A stretch of 63,444 nt of DNA, counting the filler, from Octopus bimaculoides (Eukaryota): assembly GCF_001194135.2 (NCBI RefSeq). It is 9 parts of 9 records of this genome, joined end to end, with 100 filler letters (N's around TTAATTAATTAA, not from the genome) between each part and the next. Parts side by side here need not be neighbours in the genome. Positions count along the whole stretch, not along the records: positions 30,564 to 45,381 come from NC_068983.1; positions 45,482 to 47,303 come from NW_026402638.1; positions 47,404 to 51,105 come from NC_068998.1; 6 more parts are not named here. The stretch is one strand, 5' to 3'. The notes under the pieces are model-generated. The model did not search any database, had not been told where the DNA came from, and saw nothing but the letters and a program-made list of their open reading frames with translations. Shown piece after piece: positions 37,231 to 49,389 of the stretch. Each line of letters starts with the position of its first letter. Position 1 is the stretch's first letter. The translations under genes were made by a program, and so were the position numbers.

Positions 37231-40200
37231 GCACCGGGAGATATATTGCATGCCTTAGGCATTTTTAACTCAGTGGAACACATCTCCTTTTGTATCTGAC
37301 TCCAACCCGTTTGTTCGAGACAGAATCACAGAAAAATAAGAGAGAGAAAAGAGTGATGGAGTTGGGGAATCAACCTCAGAATAGAACTGATATTTAATTC
37401 ATTTACCTCTTGAAAAGGTAAAATGTGGAACTCAAATTACAGAGAGCCAAATTAAATACAATGTGGTACCCTACTCACCCCTCTAACTTCCTCTTTGCTT
37501 CGATTTATTCACTATTTCAATAACTTTTATCTTTACGGCAGTGAGCCGGCACAATCGTTAGCACAGCAGGCGGTGCTTAGCATTTCGTCTGTCTTTAGGT
37601 TCTGAGTTCAAATACCGAAATTGACTTTGTCTTTCATCCTTTTGGGCTCGATGAAATAAATACCAGTTGATCACTGAGGTCAACATAATCGACTTAGCCC
37701 TTCTCCTTGTGACAAAATTTGAAACCAATAACTTTCATCATTAAACCTCAAATAAAAGCTGAAGTGAAATTATAAATTATTCCATGGGATGGAAATATAA
37801 ATTAATTAGCTGGTGAGACCCGTGAATATTTCACGTAATTAATGATAAACTTATTGGGTCATTTCTGAAAGCTTTATCTAAAAACAAAAACTGAAAGCGT
37901 AGCCAGTGTTGTGTCTGTATCAAAAGATGGTCTTGCATCTGCTACTTATTGAAAAGTGAAAGAAATTGGAATACGATGATTACTTAATGCACTTTATATA
38001 TACACTTTATATACTATTTGCACAATTTTATAGACATAATACACTGCACTCTCTCTTTTTCTCTCTCACTCTTCACCTTACCCTCTTTTTCTCTTTCCTT
38101 TTTCTTTCGCTCTTCGCCTTCCCCTTCAACTAATTACGTGAAAACCTTACAGACGAGCTAAGAAAAAACTTAGTTAATTAAAATATTACACAATTCACTT
38201 ACCACCATCTCTCCCTCACCCTCACCCTCCCAATCCCCATCCCTCTCATCCTCTCCCCTTCAACTAATCAAGTGGAAGCGTTACGGACGGGATATGTAAC
38301 GGAGGAACAAGCAGAATTATTATAAGATTGAGTTTTAAAACTTAACTTTATTCTCTTATTTGAATAAAAATGAGTAATTAAAATTACTATCCGTCAATGT
38401 TTGTTAGTATGGAGAAGACACCAACAATCAGTGAAGTCATTGCTGATTTATTAACTGGCTTTCTTTCGGTTATGACACAAGGATTCCGTTTGATCCGATT
38501 AGCGGAACAGCCTGTACAAGAAATTAGCGTGCAAGTGGCTGAGCACTCCACAGACGCGCGTACCCTTAACGTAGTTCTCAGGGAGATACAGCATGACACA
38601 GAGTGTGACAAGGCTGGCCCTTTGAATTACAAGTACAACTCATTTTTACCAGCTGAGTATACAGAGCAGTGTAAAATAAGATATCTTGCTCAAGGACACA
38701 ATGCGCCGCTGGGAATCGAACTTACATTCTTAGTATAGATGTGAGAATGGCCGAGTGCTTATGACGTTCGCATTGTAATTATGAGGTCCGTGGCTCGAAT
38801 TCATCTTGGGCAAATATTTTTACCAAAGCTTCATGTTGATCTCCAAGTTTTGTGAGAGAAACTGGGAAATTGAACAGAACTTGCTGGATAGATAGTCTGA
38901 TCTTCTCTACTACTGTCTGATGTACTCTACAATGGGTGGAGACTTATCGTGGATAGCTATGCCAAGAATAAAATAAATCTGCACTTTTCCGACCACACTA
39001 CCGTCGATTAATACCAACCTCTTTGCTAGCACCTAGACCAGAATCTTAAATTTTGCATTCAGCATTGTTATGGGCCGAAAATCATCGATTATGTTCCTCT
39101 TTGTTAGTGCCCTTCTCCGCTAGTGATAACACTCCCTAACTCAGAGAAATGAGGAATCCTCCAATTGAGCTGACGGTTGCAATAGATGTTCGCCAAGTTC
39201 TAGGCAAACAAGTTTGATATGTGTAGGTGAAGCTATCAGAGCAGACCGACAAAACCAGACGAGCTCCCCTCTCAAAACCACAAAACCACTTACCATTAAT
39301 CCTATAGATTTTTTTTAAGAATTCAGAGTCAGCACTGGAAGATACGACGTTTCGTACATGAATACGTCTATGTAAACAATGCGATCGAACATAGAAAAAT
39401 AAGTTGTGCGTATACATATTTCAGGAGTTGTTGCTCTTACTTCAGTACCACATCCAACCCATTAACCATCCATTGCTAAACTACCCACTAAATTTAGCAA
39501 TTGAGCACTACTGGATATACCAATTTTACATATTAAACACATTCCTGAGAACTGGCATGTATATATTAATTGCTGATAGAGACACCGTATTTCGTTATCC
39601 TACCATAATATACTACCAAGTATATTCTTTTCTACTCTAGGCACAAGGCCCGAACTTTTGGGGGAGGAGGCCAGTCGGTTAGATCGACCCAGTACGCAAC
39701 TGGTACTTAATTTATCGACCCTGAAAGGATGAAAGGCAAAGTCGACCTCGGCGTAATTTGAAATCAGAACGTAAAGACGGACGAAATACCGCTAAGCATT
39801 TCGCTGCCTTGCTACCAAGTATATTAAAGGTGTATAAGTTAACATTGTGTCTCACATGTGTTAGCAGTGCGATTCCTCGTAGCCTTTTGAATTTCCCACT
39901 GAAACCCGCTGAAATCGCGGTAGCAGTTCCTAAAGTTGTCTATCATCTGCAGCCCATCGTTGTCACCTCAAACAGGTGAACAACATGTCACTGAAAAACC
40001 GTATGAGTCTATCTGGAATCGAATAGCATGCGCCCGTCCCATCCTGTCAAAGATTAAATTGTGCCTTTGTAACCATCCATCTTGCAAGATTTCGAGTTTT
40101 TATAGGCGCAGACGTAGTTGTGTGGTTAAGAAACTCGCTTTACTACCACATGGTTTCGAGTTCGATCCCACTGCGAGGAACCTTGAACAAGTGTCTTCTA

Positions 40201-40698
40201 CAAGAGCCCAGAGACCGGCAAATATCTTTTGAGAGAATTTGGTAGACGGATACTGTGTTGAAGCCCATTGTGTGTGTATGTGTTTATGTTTGTTTCATGC
40301 ACTGCTTGACAACGTGTGTTGGTGTGCTTACGTCCCTGTAATTTAACGGATTGGCAAGAGAAATTGATAGAAAAAGTACCTGACATGAAAAGAAAAGTAC
40401 TGAGGTGGATTTGTTCGACTAAAATCCTTCAAAGCGGTACCCCAGCATGACCGCAATCCAACGACTGGATTAAGTAAAATATAAAAAGATATGCCATGAC
40501 TTTGCTACCTACACCCGAACGTCTCTTGTTACTTCGTGACTGAAAACACGTGCCTTAGCTCTGACAATGCATTCTTACAGAAAAAACATTTAAGGGCCAT
40601 TCTTATCACAAGCACGACAGTCACCAAGGCCTTTCTTTAATCACTTCTTTTAATTATTTAAAATCCAAACATAATCAGGTGTTTCTCTGCTCTTTTAG

Positions 40699-40824
40699 AT
40701 TTTCCGATCAATTGTGTTGATGCCTACAAAAGAGGTATGAAGACTGGTTCAATATTTATCCAACCATCAGACAAAGTTGACCCATTTTTTGTTTATTGTG
40801 ACATGGAATACATCTCGAAAACCG
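40699..40824 (+). CDS. Exon D: start of fibrinogen-like module 2
   Basis: Acceptor CTCTTTTAG, donor GTAAGT; 126 nt, phase 1-1; (Y)FPINCVDAYKRGMKTGSIFIQPSDKVDPFFVYCDMEYISKT. Confidence 0.87.
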
Positions 40825-41529
40825 GTAAGTAGCATTTTATATTATAAGTGAGGTTTTATTTCGAAGTCCACTTCTGGATCTTGTTAAGTATCGAGCATAA
40901 GTATCGCTGTCTCTTCTATGTATCTGTCAATCACACAATCATTGTAACAGGCGATGGAATGGCAGAGTCGTTAGAAGGCCTGACAAAACACTTCGCAATA
41001 TTTGTTCCGACTATTTGTGCACTTAATTCAAATTCTACCGGAGTCTTCTTAGCCTTTCGTGTTTTCAGGATTGATTAAAAAAAAAAAAAGAAACCAGTCT
41101 AAATGACAGATTGGACTGGCTTTTTACCTTCTCGATTCAAATCCCGCTGTTGCCTATTAAAGTGGTAGAGTAAATCTATCACCTGGCTAAACCCCACCAA
41201 CAGGTATCCGGGGTACATTTAGCCGTGTCCACTAAGTTCGATACGTTCTGCTCCTCCCCCTACTAGTCTCGGGAACTCTGTAAAGGGTCATGAGCACTAC
41301 CTGCGCTCTTAACTAAAAGATAAAAAAGAACTGAGCCACTTTCATACATACATTATAAATACAATTTGTAAGTGGGACAATAAAAATATGCAAGACTTTT
41401 CTCAATTCTAAAATGTGAATTTGTGTTTATTATTTACATTATAAATATGGAGTATTGTATCTTTGCTAGAAACCAGCACCTTCCTTACAGGAGGACTTCA
41501 ACTAATTAGAAAAGGATAAATAGAAAAGG

Positions 41530-41895
41530 ACATACATATATACATACACACATGCATATATACATACATGCATACACACACATACACACACACATAGACA
41601 CATACATGCACATAGATACACACAAACACAATCATGCACAGATACACACATACATACATACACACACATACACACACTTACATGCATACGTACATACACA
41701 TATACACACACATACATACACACATACATACACATACATACATACATACACACAAATACGTACATACATACATACATGCACAAGTATATACATACACACA
41801 TATACATACACATGCATGCATACATGCATTCATACATACATGCACACATACATACACACATACACACACATACATACATAAATGCATACATGCAG

Positions 41896-41925
<30 letters not shown>
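41530..41925. repeat. Degenerate (ACAT/ACAC)n low-complexity tract
   Basis: Direct inspection; explains the H/T/Y and V/C/M pseudo-ORFs. Confidence 0.9.
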
Positions 41926-41926
<1 letters not shown>

Positions 41927-42780
41927 CGTTGATGATGGCTGTCTACTCGTAACCGAGGAAGACCATTGCCTGAGCAAAATGCCAGCAATGCCTGCGCATG
42001 AGGTTATTGCACTAACAGTCGAATTTACCAAGGCTCGCGTCCGCGGTTTCCATGCTCACCGTGGCGCCCTCCTACTCGATCGGCCATCGGATTGTCGCCT
42101 TGCTAGTGATTGCACAACCCACACTTTTAGGTTCAATAAGGCTGCACAGAACCTCACAGACCCTCTCTGACATGATCCAGGGACAAACCAGAGCAAGATA
42201 TCCAGTACCAATATGGATTGCAGGCTAAGGAATAAGAGAATTCTATAATCTTAAACTAAAGCAAAGGGCCCCTAAAATGTCCACTACCGTCCCCTGCATA
42301 TTTGGTTTTATATCAGAATGAGCTGGCAGAAACGTTAGCACGCCGGGCGAAATGCTTAGCGGTATTTCGTTTGCCGTTACGTTCTGAGTTCAAATTCTGC
42401 CGAGGTTGATTTTGCTTTTCATCTTTTCGAGGTCGATAAATTAATGTAATCGATTTAATCCCGTTGTCTGTCCTTGTTTGTCCCCTCTATGTTTAGCCTG
42501 TCGTATATATATATGTGTCTTTCTGTCTGTCTGTGTTTGTCCCCCACCACCGCTTGATAAGCAGTGTTGGAGTGTTTATGTCCCCGTAACTTAGCAGTTC
42601 GTCATTAAAAAAAAATGATAGAATAAACACCAGGTTTAAAAAATAGGTACTCGGGTCAATTCGTTCGAATAAAATTCCTCAAGGCGGTGCCCCAGCATGA
42701 CCGCGGTTCCATGTCTAAAACAAGCAACAGAAGAAAAGAATAAAGAATTATTTGACTGACAAATTAAATCTCTTTTGCAG

Positions 42781-42941
42781 GTGTAACGATTATCCGTAAT
42801 GAATTTGAGACCACTACTACAATTACTGGTAAAACAACACAAGTGATTTACTACAATGTCACATACGTTCAGATCGAAGCATTGATTAAAACCCACGAGT
42901 ATTGTTACCAGCCAGTCAAATACGACTGCAAATTTACCAAG
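42781..42941 (+). CDS. Exon E of module 2 (last detectable exon of this gene model)
   Basis: Acceptor TCTCTTTTGCAG, donor GTAAAC; 161 nt, phase 1-0; (G)VTIIRNEFETTTTITGKTTQVIYYNVTYVQIEALIKTHEYCYQPVKYDCKFTK. Confidence 0.87.
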
Positions 42942-43082
42942 GTAAACAACCATATACATTCATTTTCTAGCTGAGTCTTGTCAAATTCACTTTGTTTTGC
43001 GGAGCGAATTGAAGCATAAACTAGACCCCACAGGCCAGACAGGGACAATTATTCTTAAAAACATTATTTATAATCTAGATCA

Positions 43083-44035
43083 AAAGGCGGCGAGCGGGTA
43101 GAATCGTTAATACGCCGGACGAAATGCTTAGCGGTATTTCGTCTGCCGCTACATTCTGAGTTCAAATTCCTCCGAGGCCGACTTTGCCTTTCGGGGTCGA
43201 TAAAATTAGTACCAGTTACGCAATGGAGTCGATGAACTTAATCCCTTCCCCCAAATTTGTAGGGCTTGTTCTTCCAGTCAGTGGCGGAGCTAGGGTAAAC
43301 CTGCCCGGGATAAACCGCAAAAATGTACCCCCTCCCAATTACAAAATCCACGATATTACATAGTACTTATTTGTTACAAGTAATTAATGCTTTTAAGCAC
43401 TAATTTAGGAATAAATATTTTACCAGGNNNNNNNNNNNNNNNNNNNNNNNNNNNNNNNNNNNNNNNNNNNNNNNNNNNNNNNNNNNNNNNNNNNNNNNNN
43501 NNNNNNNNNNNNNNNNNNNNNNNNNNNNNNNNNNNNNNNNNNNNNNNNNNNNNNNNNNNNNNNNNNNNNNNNNNNNNNNNNNNNNNNNNNNNNNNNNNNN
43601 NNNNNNNNNNNNNNNNNNNNNNNNNNNNNNNNNNNNNNNNNNNNNNNNNNNNNNNNNNNNNNNNNNNNNNNNNNNNNNNNNNNNNNNNNNNNNNNNNNNN
43701 NNNNNNNNNNNNNNNNNNNNNNNNNNNNNNNNNNNNNNNNNNNNNNNNNNNNNNNATCGACTTGCCCCTTCTCTGAAATTACTGGCCTTGTGCTAAAATT
43801 TGAGACCAATGTAATCTTTTCTACTCTGGGCACAAGGCCCGAAATTTTGGAGAGGGAGGGGGGGGCCAGTCGATTAGATCGACCTCAGTATGCAACTGGT
43901 ACTTAATTTATCGACCCCGAAAGAATGAAAGGTAAAGTCGACCTCGGTGGAATTTGAACTCAGAACGTAAAGACAGACGAAATACCGCTAAGCATGCCAC
44001 CCAGCGAGCTAATGATTCTGCCAGCTCGCCGCCTT
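43083..44035. mobile_element. SINE family 1 copies in opposite orientations (43083-43275 +, 43812-44035 -)
   Basis: Family head and body on each strand. Confidence 0.82.
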
Positions 44036-45098
44036 TGAAACCAATATAATACGAAAGATGTATATCAAATATTTCTATAACTATGCTAAATGAATTATAG
44101 TCAATGTTTTCCTCGCAGATTCTGTCTACTGAATTCCACTCACAAACTATTTGCAACTTTAGAGGCATCAGACTGGTGGACTAAGTTACGAAAGTTACAG
44201 AAAAAATGTAGCACAACAAATATGGAAAATAATTAACTCAAATGTGAGGCAGTCTGGGATTTTGTGAGGACTACTTACCATTTATGCTCCCTTCCTTATC
44301 AGCTACAGAAGTTCTTAACGAAAAGCAAGTTGCTCTAGCTAACATCCATTGACTTGGAGAAGGTCTTTGATTGGTACCCTTCTCTAGGTTTAGATGAGAG
44401 AGTATGAAGATGTATGACTTAGTGGTTAGGGTATTGCACTCGTGACCCCTGATGATCATGATGACGGTGGCTGTGGTGGTGGTGGTGGTGGTGGTGGTGT
44501 ATATTGAAAGAACAGTAAGTATAATACAGCGGCAAATATAATTCTTTCTTTGTTGGCCTCTTTAACAATTCTATATCCGTTGCATCGGAAATCTGCAATG
44601 GCTCCATAACTACCGTCGCGGCTACAACCTTGGGGCCCTATTAATTCGTTACAGCACTTACCTAGTGTACCTAGTCGTTTAGATCACCTGTGAACTAAAC
44701 CCCACCATACTTTGTAATTCTTTCTTCTATAGTTCATGGGTAACGGATATGCTCACTGGAAGGGTAAAGGAGGTTCGAAGAAAACTTACTTTGGAAGCAC
44801 CAATTTCAAAGAGAATATGTGTACATGTGGCGCAGAAAGACGTTGTGGAGGAACAGGAAACAGGCAAACTGTCTTGAACAGGCAAGTGCTGTTTTGTTAA
44901 ATTTTTCGATCACATCCAAAACCCCATCCGCTTGATTGGGCAGTGCCTGGTGGACACATCCTAAATAACTGCTATCAGACAATATTGGCTGGCAAACCAG
45001 TGGAACACATAATTCAAAAGACGAAATTAATAGGGAAAGTGTGAAGGCTGTTTTGTGTAACATTATTAAGTGTACGTAAATTTCATCCGTCTAATTGG

Positions 45099-45381
45099 CT
45101 ATACAAATGCTTGTGCAAAACAACTTTTTGCGCTGCCTTGATTATACATAGCAGGGTAATTCCTTTTCGCAGGAGGTAGGACGGCAATTTCTGATGAAGC
45201 AATTGCTGGCGATCTGTTGCTACACAGTTCTGCCAGAATTCTATCAGATTGGGCAGTAGATGATGATGCACCGTTTTGCATTATGTTCAAAGCAGCTTCT
45301 GGAATGTGGTGAATTGCTGCAGTCTGTTGCTGTCTTTTTAAACCGGTTGCTTTCTTTCCTCAGCAAGCTCTCTTGTTTGGA
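45099..45381 (-). pseudogene. Decayed ORF remnant of an unidentified repeat (copy 1)
   Basis: PNKRAC*GKKATGLKRQQQTAAIHHIPEAALNIMQNGASSSTAQSDRILAELCSNRSPAIASS...; closely similar to 47404-47605. Confidence 0.5.
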
Positions 45382-46507
45382 NNNNNNNNNNNNNNNNNNN
45401 NNNNNNNNNNNNNNNNNNNNNNNNNTTAATTAATTAANNNNNNNNNNNNNNNNNNNNNNNNNNNNNNNNNNNNNNNNNNNNAAATAATTATCTTATGAAG
45501 TTAATACAAATTAATCGTTAACGAATTTTAAGTCTGCCGATCATGATTTCTCCAGTTAGCGTATTATAGCCACAATCATTTTTTGCCTTGTGCTAAACGC
45601 AACAATATCACGCCACAGATATTTATTTTGACTTGATCGAGGTCTGCAAACGCTAAATGACATTGGAAGTGTTTCATCATTATTCCCAAAAGATTAATGA
45701 GGAAATAGAAAAAAAATACTTGATAGGAAAATGTTAAATTCAGACACGATCGTATATTTCAGTGTTTCTATTAGGACGTGAGTATACACTCCGTCGGTTA
45801 CGACAACGAGGGTTCCAGTTGATCCGATCAACGGAACAGCCTGCTCGTGAAATTAACGTGCAAGAGGCTGAGCATTCTACAGACACGTGAACCCTTAACG
45901 TAGTTCTCGGGGATATTCAGCGTGACACAATGTGACAAGGCTGACCCTTTGAATTACAGGCACAACAGAAACAGGAAGTAAGAGTGAGAAAAAGTTGTGG
46001 TGAAAGAGTACAGCAGGGTTCGCCACCATCCCCTGCCGGAGCCTCGTGGAGCTTTAGATGTTTTCGCTCAATAAACACTCACAATGCCCGNNNNNNNNNN
46101 NNNNNNNNNNNNNNNNNNNNNNNNNNNNNNNNNNNNNNNNNNNNNNNNNNNNNNNNNNNNNNNNNNNNNNNNNNNNNNNNNNNNNNNNNNNNNNNNNNNN
46201 NNNNNNNNNNNNNNNNNNNNNNNNNNNNNNNNNNNNNNNNNNNNNNNNNNNNNNNNNNNNNNNNNNNNNNNNNNNNNNNNNNNNNNNNNNNNNNNNNNNN
46301 NNNNNNNNNNNNNNNNNNNNNNNNNNNNNNNNNNNNNNNNNNNNNNNNNNNNNNNNNNNNNNNNNNNNNNNNNNNNNNNNNNNNNNNNNNNNNNNNNNNN
46401 NNNNNNNNNNNNNNNNNNNNNNNNNNNNNNNNNNNNNNNNNNNNNNNNNNNNNNNNNNNNNNNNNNNNNNNNNNNNNNNNNNNNNNNNNNNNNNNNNNNN
46501 NNNNNNG

Positions 46508-46580
46508 ACTATCCTCGTTTAACGACCGAGTTACGTTCCAACAGCCCCGTCGTTAAGCAAATTCGTCGTTAAACGAATAT
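46508..46580 (+). mobile_element. Possible pogo/Tigger-like terminal sequence
   Basis: GACTATCCTCGTTTAACGACC...GTCGTTAAGC...GTCGTTAAACG resembles Tigger-type TIR and subterminal repeats; left end in a gap. Confidence 0.35.
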
Positions 46581-47403
46581 CCATAGGGTACGTATTTTTT
46601 TATAGGTATAGTGTACTGTACGTACATATAAAAACAGAATACCGTATTGTATAAAGTCTATGCAGTACAGGACCAAGAATCACTGACATAAATTGTTGAA
46701 AAAGGAATAAGTAACAGTCAGATTATCAGAAGGAAAACCGCATTTGCCAACAAGCGACATCTATTATCGGTCACACACTCGAACGTGCATCAAATATATT
46801 CGGATTGATGATAACATTACAATACTGACTTATGCGTTGTCAAATGTTAACAACATTACGGAGAAAAGGGAAGCGCTGAGGTAATCAAGAATGACATCTG
46901 TTACTGTGTGATTAATTGGATCAGAAGATACAGATGGTGTCAACGATTAGAAAGTAAGTAATACAGGAGTAAATCAATGTAAAAGTCGTTACTATTTGTG
47001 CTGCAGGTGAAAGGCCTACTTGCTACACATGTGGTAGCAGACGTCAATTACGAAAACTCTGCCCAGAAGAAATGAAAGAAGAACAAAGGATAAATGTAGG
47101 TGAGAGACGAAATCAAGAGCAGTGACCAACTAACCACAACGCAGTGCACGAGAGGTGTAGACCACAAATGCTCATATGACTTGAAAAGAACATACGTACA
47201 TGCATAGGATCTTTGCTTTATGTTCCCCTACGCAGTTCAACGAATTGGAAGGCATACATGCATATCTCTATCTATATCTATCTATGCATATATATATGTA
47301 TATNNNNNNNNNNNNNNNNNNNNNNNNNNNNNNNNNNNNNNNNNNNNTTAATTAATTAANNNNNNNNNNNNNNNNNNNNNNNNNNNNNNNNNNNNNNNNN
47401 NNN

Positions 47404-47605
47404 CAATTTGTGATGAAGCAATTGCTGGCGATCTGTTGCTACACAGTTTTGCCAGAATTCTATCAGATTGGGCAGAAGATGTTGAAGCACCATTTTGCAT
47501 TATGTTCAAAGTAGCTTCTGGAATGTGGTGAATTGTTGCAGTCTGTTGCTGTCATTTTAAACCGGTTGCTGTCTTTCCCCAGCAAACTCTCTTCTTTGGA
47601 GGCAT
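47404..47605 (-). pseudogene. Decayed ORF remnant (copy 2) starting MPPKKR
   Basis: ATG at 47605-47603; MPPKKRVCWGKTATGLK*QQQTATIHHIPEATLNIMQNGASTSSAQSDRILAKLCSNRSPAIASSQI. Confidence 0.5.
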
Positions 47606-47707
47606 AATCTATGTATATATTAAACAGAACAACAAAAGTTATAATAGATGGCAGGGTCGGTACTTTTCACATATCTGTAATTTTTCAGATTAACACCTGC
47701 ATGATTC

Positions 47708-47948
47708 CCAACCCTAATCCTAACACTAACCCTAACATTAACCCTAAACCCTAACCCTAACCCTAAAACCCTAACCCTGACCCTAAAACCGTAACTGTAA
47801 CACTAATCCTAACCCTAACCGTAACCTTAAACCCTAACCATGACCCTAAAACCGTAACCGTAACACTAATCCTAACCCAAACCTGTAGCCCTAACCCTAA
47901 ACCCTAATCCCTAACCCTGACCCTAAAACCCTAACCTTAACACCCTAG
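47708..47948. repeat. Interstitial degenerate telomere-like (CCCTAA)n array
   Basis: CCCTAA, CCTAA, CCCTGA, CCGTAA and CCCTAAAA variants over about 240 bp, with higher-order repeats such as CCCTGACCCTAAAACC and AACACTAATCCTAACCC. Confidence 0.9.
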
Positions 47949-48639
47949 TGAAAATCGTGGTATATTTACAAAACATTGACGAACATGAGTTATATTTTAC
48001 TGAATGATTGTGTACTTGCATGTGTATGCGTTTGAGAGAGCGAGAGAGGAAGAGGTAGAGAGGGGGAGAGAAAGGAATAGGGGTAGTTAAAAGTTTTCTT
48101 ATGACTGCTTCTCTTCACTGCCTATTACTTCATTAGAAATCTAAGGATGCACATAAGGAAGAAAGGAAGAGGGAAAAAGAAAAAGAGGAAAAATAATAGA
48201 AATTAAATTAAAAGGAAAATAGTAACAGGAGGAAAAGAAAGAGGAAAAAGAGAGAAGAGAAAGGAGAGTGAAAGAAAAATGAAAAAGAAGAAAAAAAGAA
48301 AAAGACCAGAAAAATTCCTTTTTTGTTTTCAAATTTTTTCTATTTTGTATATTCATACATAGAGTTGCACATCAAAACATGTGCATATGTACTTGTATGC
48401 TAAACTTTTGGTAAGTTTTACATATTTTGACAGTTCCATTGATGGCTTGTAACTGTAATCTAATCAGTTTTCTCCTTTCTATTTTTGAAAGCCCTAATTT
48501 CTCAAGATCAGTGTTAAGATAGCTCATTATCATAGTATATCAATAATTATGAATATAAATCTAAACTTGTAATTCATGTGAAGTAGCAATAAATTTCTCA
48601 ATAGTTCAGCATTGTATTTTCTTTTTTCCTATCTTTAGC

Positions 48640-49330
48640 TTTAGGTTGATATCCACTCAGCAACTAATTTCCACTTCTGTACACAGCATTTTTTCTCTGT
48701 CCCAAATCACTATATCTGGTCTGTTATATTTTACAGGGATATTCCACCAGTACTCTACTACACTGTGGGGTATTATATCTTCAGCCTCAGGATTATCCTT
48801 CAGATGGATCGCATTCTACAGAGTCTTCACTACATCATGTTAATAATAATGCAATGACATTTTCAGATCTTGTGGGTTTTAACATCTATGGAGTGGATTT
48901 TTTCAACAAACAAGTCAAGTATTTCAAATGCTGGAATCAGCACTGGTATTGCAAATGCATTGTTGGGTATTATTGTAAGAGGAGAGTTCCAACTGCCATA
49001 TTTTTCTAAGTCTGGCATAATACTCTCGGGTCATTCAATCTTTATTCACAATACCTTTGTATGATATATTTTCATCAATGCCCAAGTACGTGTAGCATTC
49101 TTTGTGTAGGACAGGAGAGAGAGTGAGACTTTTGCCACACAGGTTTGGGTCTGGGGGGATGATTTTCCACATTCAACAATTGAATATGAACATTTCTTTT
49201 GGCCAAATTCCATTCCAATGTCAGCTGAAAATGTTATTAATTCCAGCTTCAGTTCTAGGTGTAAAAATTGTTGCCAAGGATTTTGTGAGCCTCTCAATGG
49301 CAGCAATTAAGATAGAAGGCACTTTTCTCA
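48640..49330 (-). mobile_element. R4/Dong-clade LINE RT fragment, decayed
   Basis: FSADIGMEFGQKKCS...NAFAIPVLIPAFEILD...IHSIDVKTHKI resembles the RT domain 5-7 region of this clade. Confidence 0.7.
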
Positions 49331-49389
49331 AATAGAGACATTTCAACAGCCATGAGTAGGGAATAGAATATTAAGATTAAAATTAAATA

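Noticed and set aside
32747-42941. Assigning the gene symbol CNTNAP2 or Nrx-IV
   Set aside because: Only the fibrinogen-like module is shared; no discoidin, LamG, EGF, transmembrane or PDZ-binding exons are visible, and orthology cannot be shown without a search.
44118-44185. Possible exon after CCTCGCAG (ILSTEFHSQTICNFRGIRLVD*) as a continuation of exon E
   Set aside because: It is a decayed reverse SINE family 2 fragment and has an in-frame stop.
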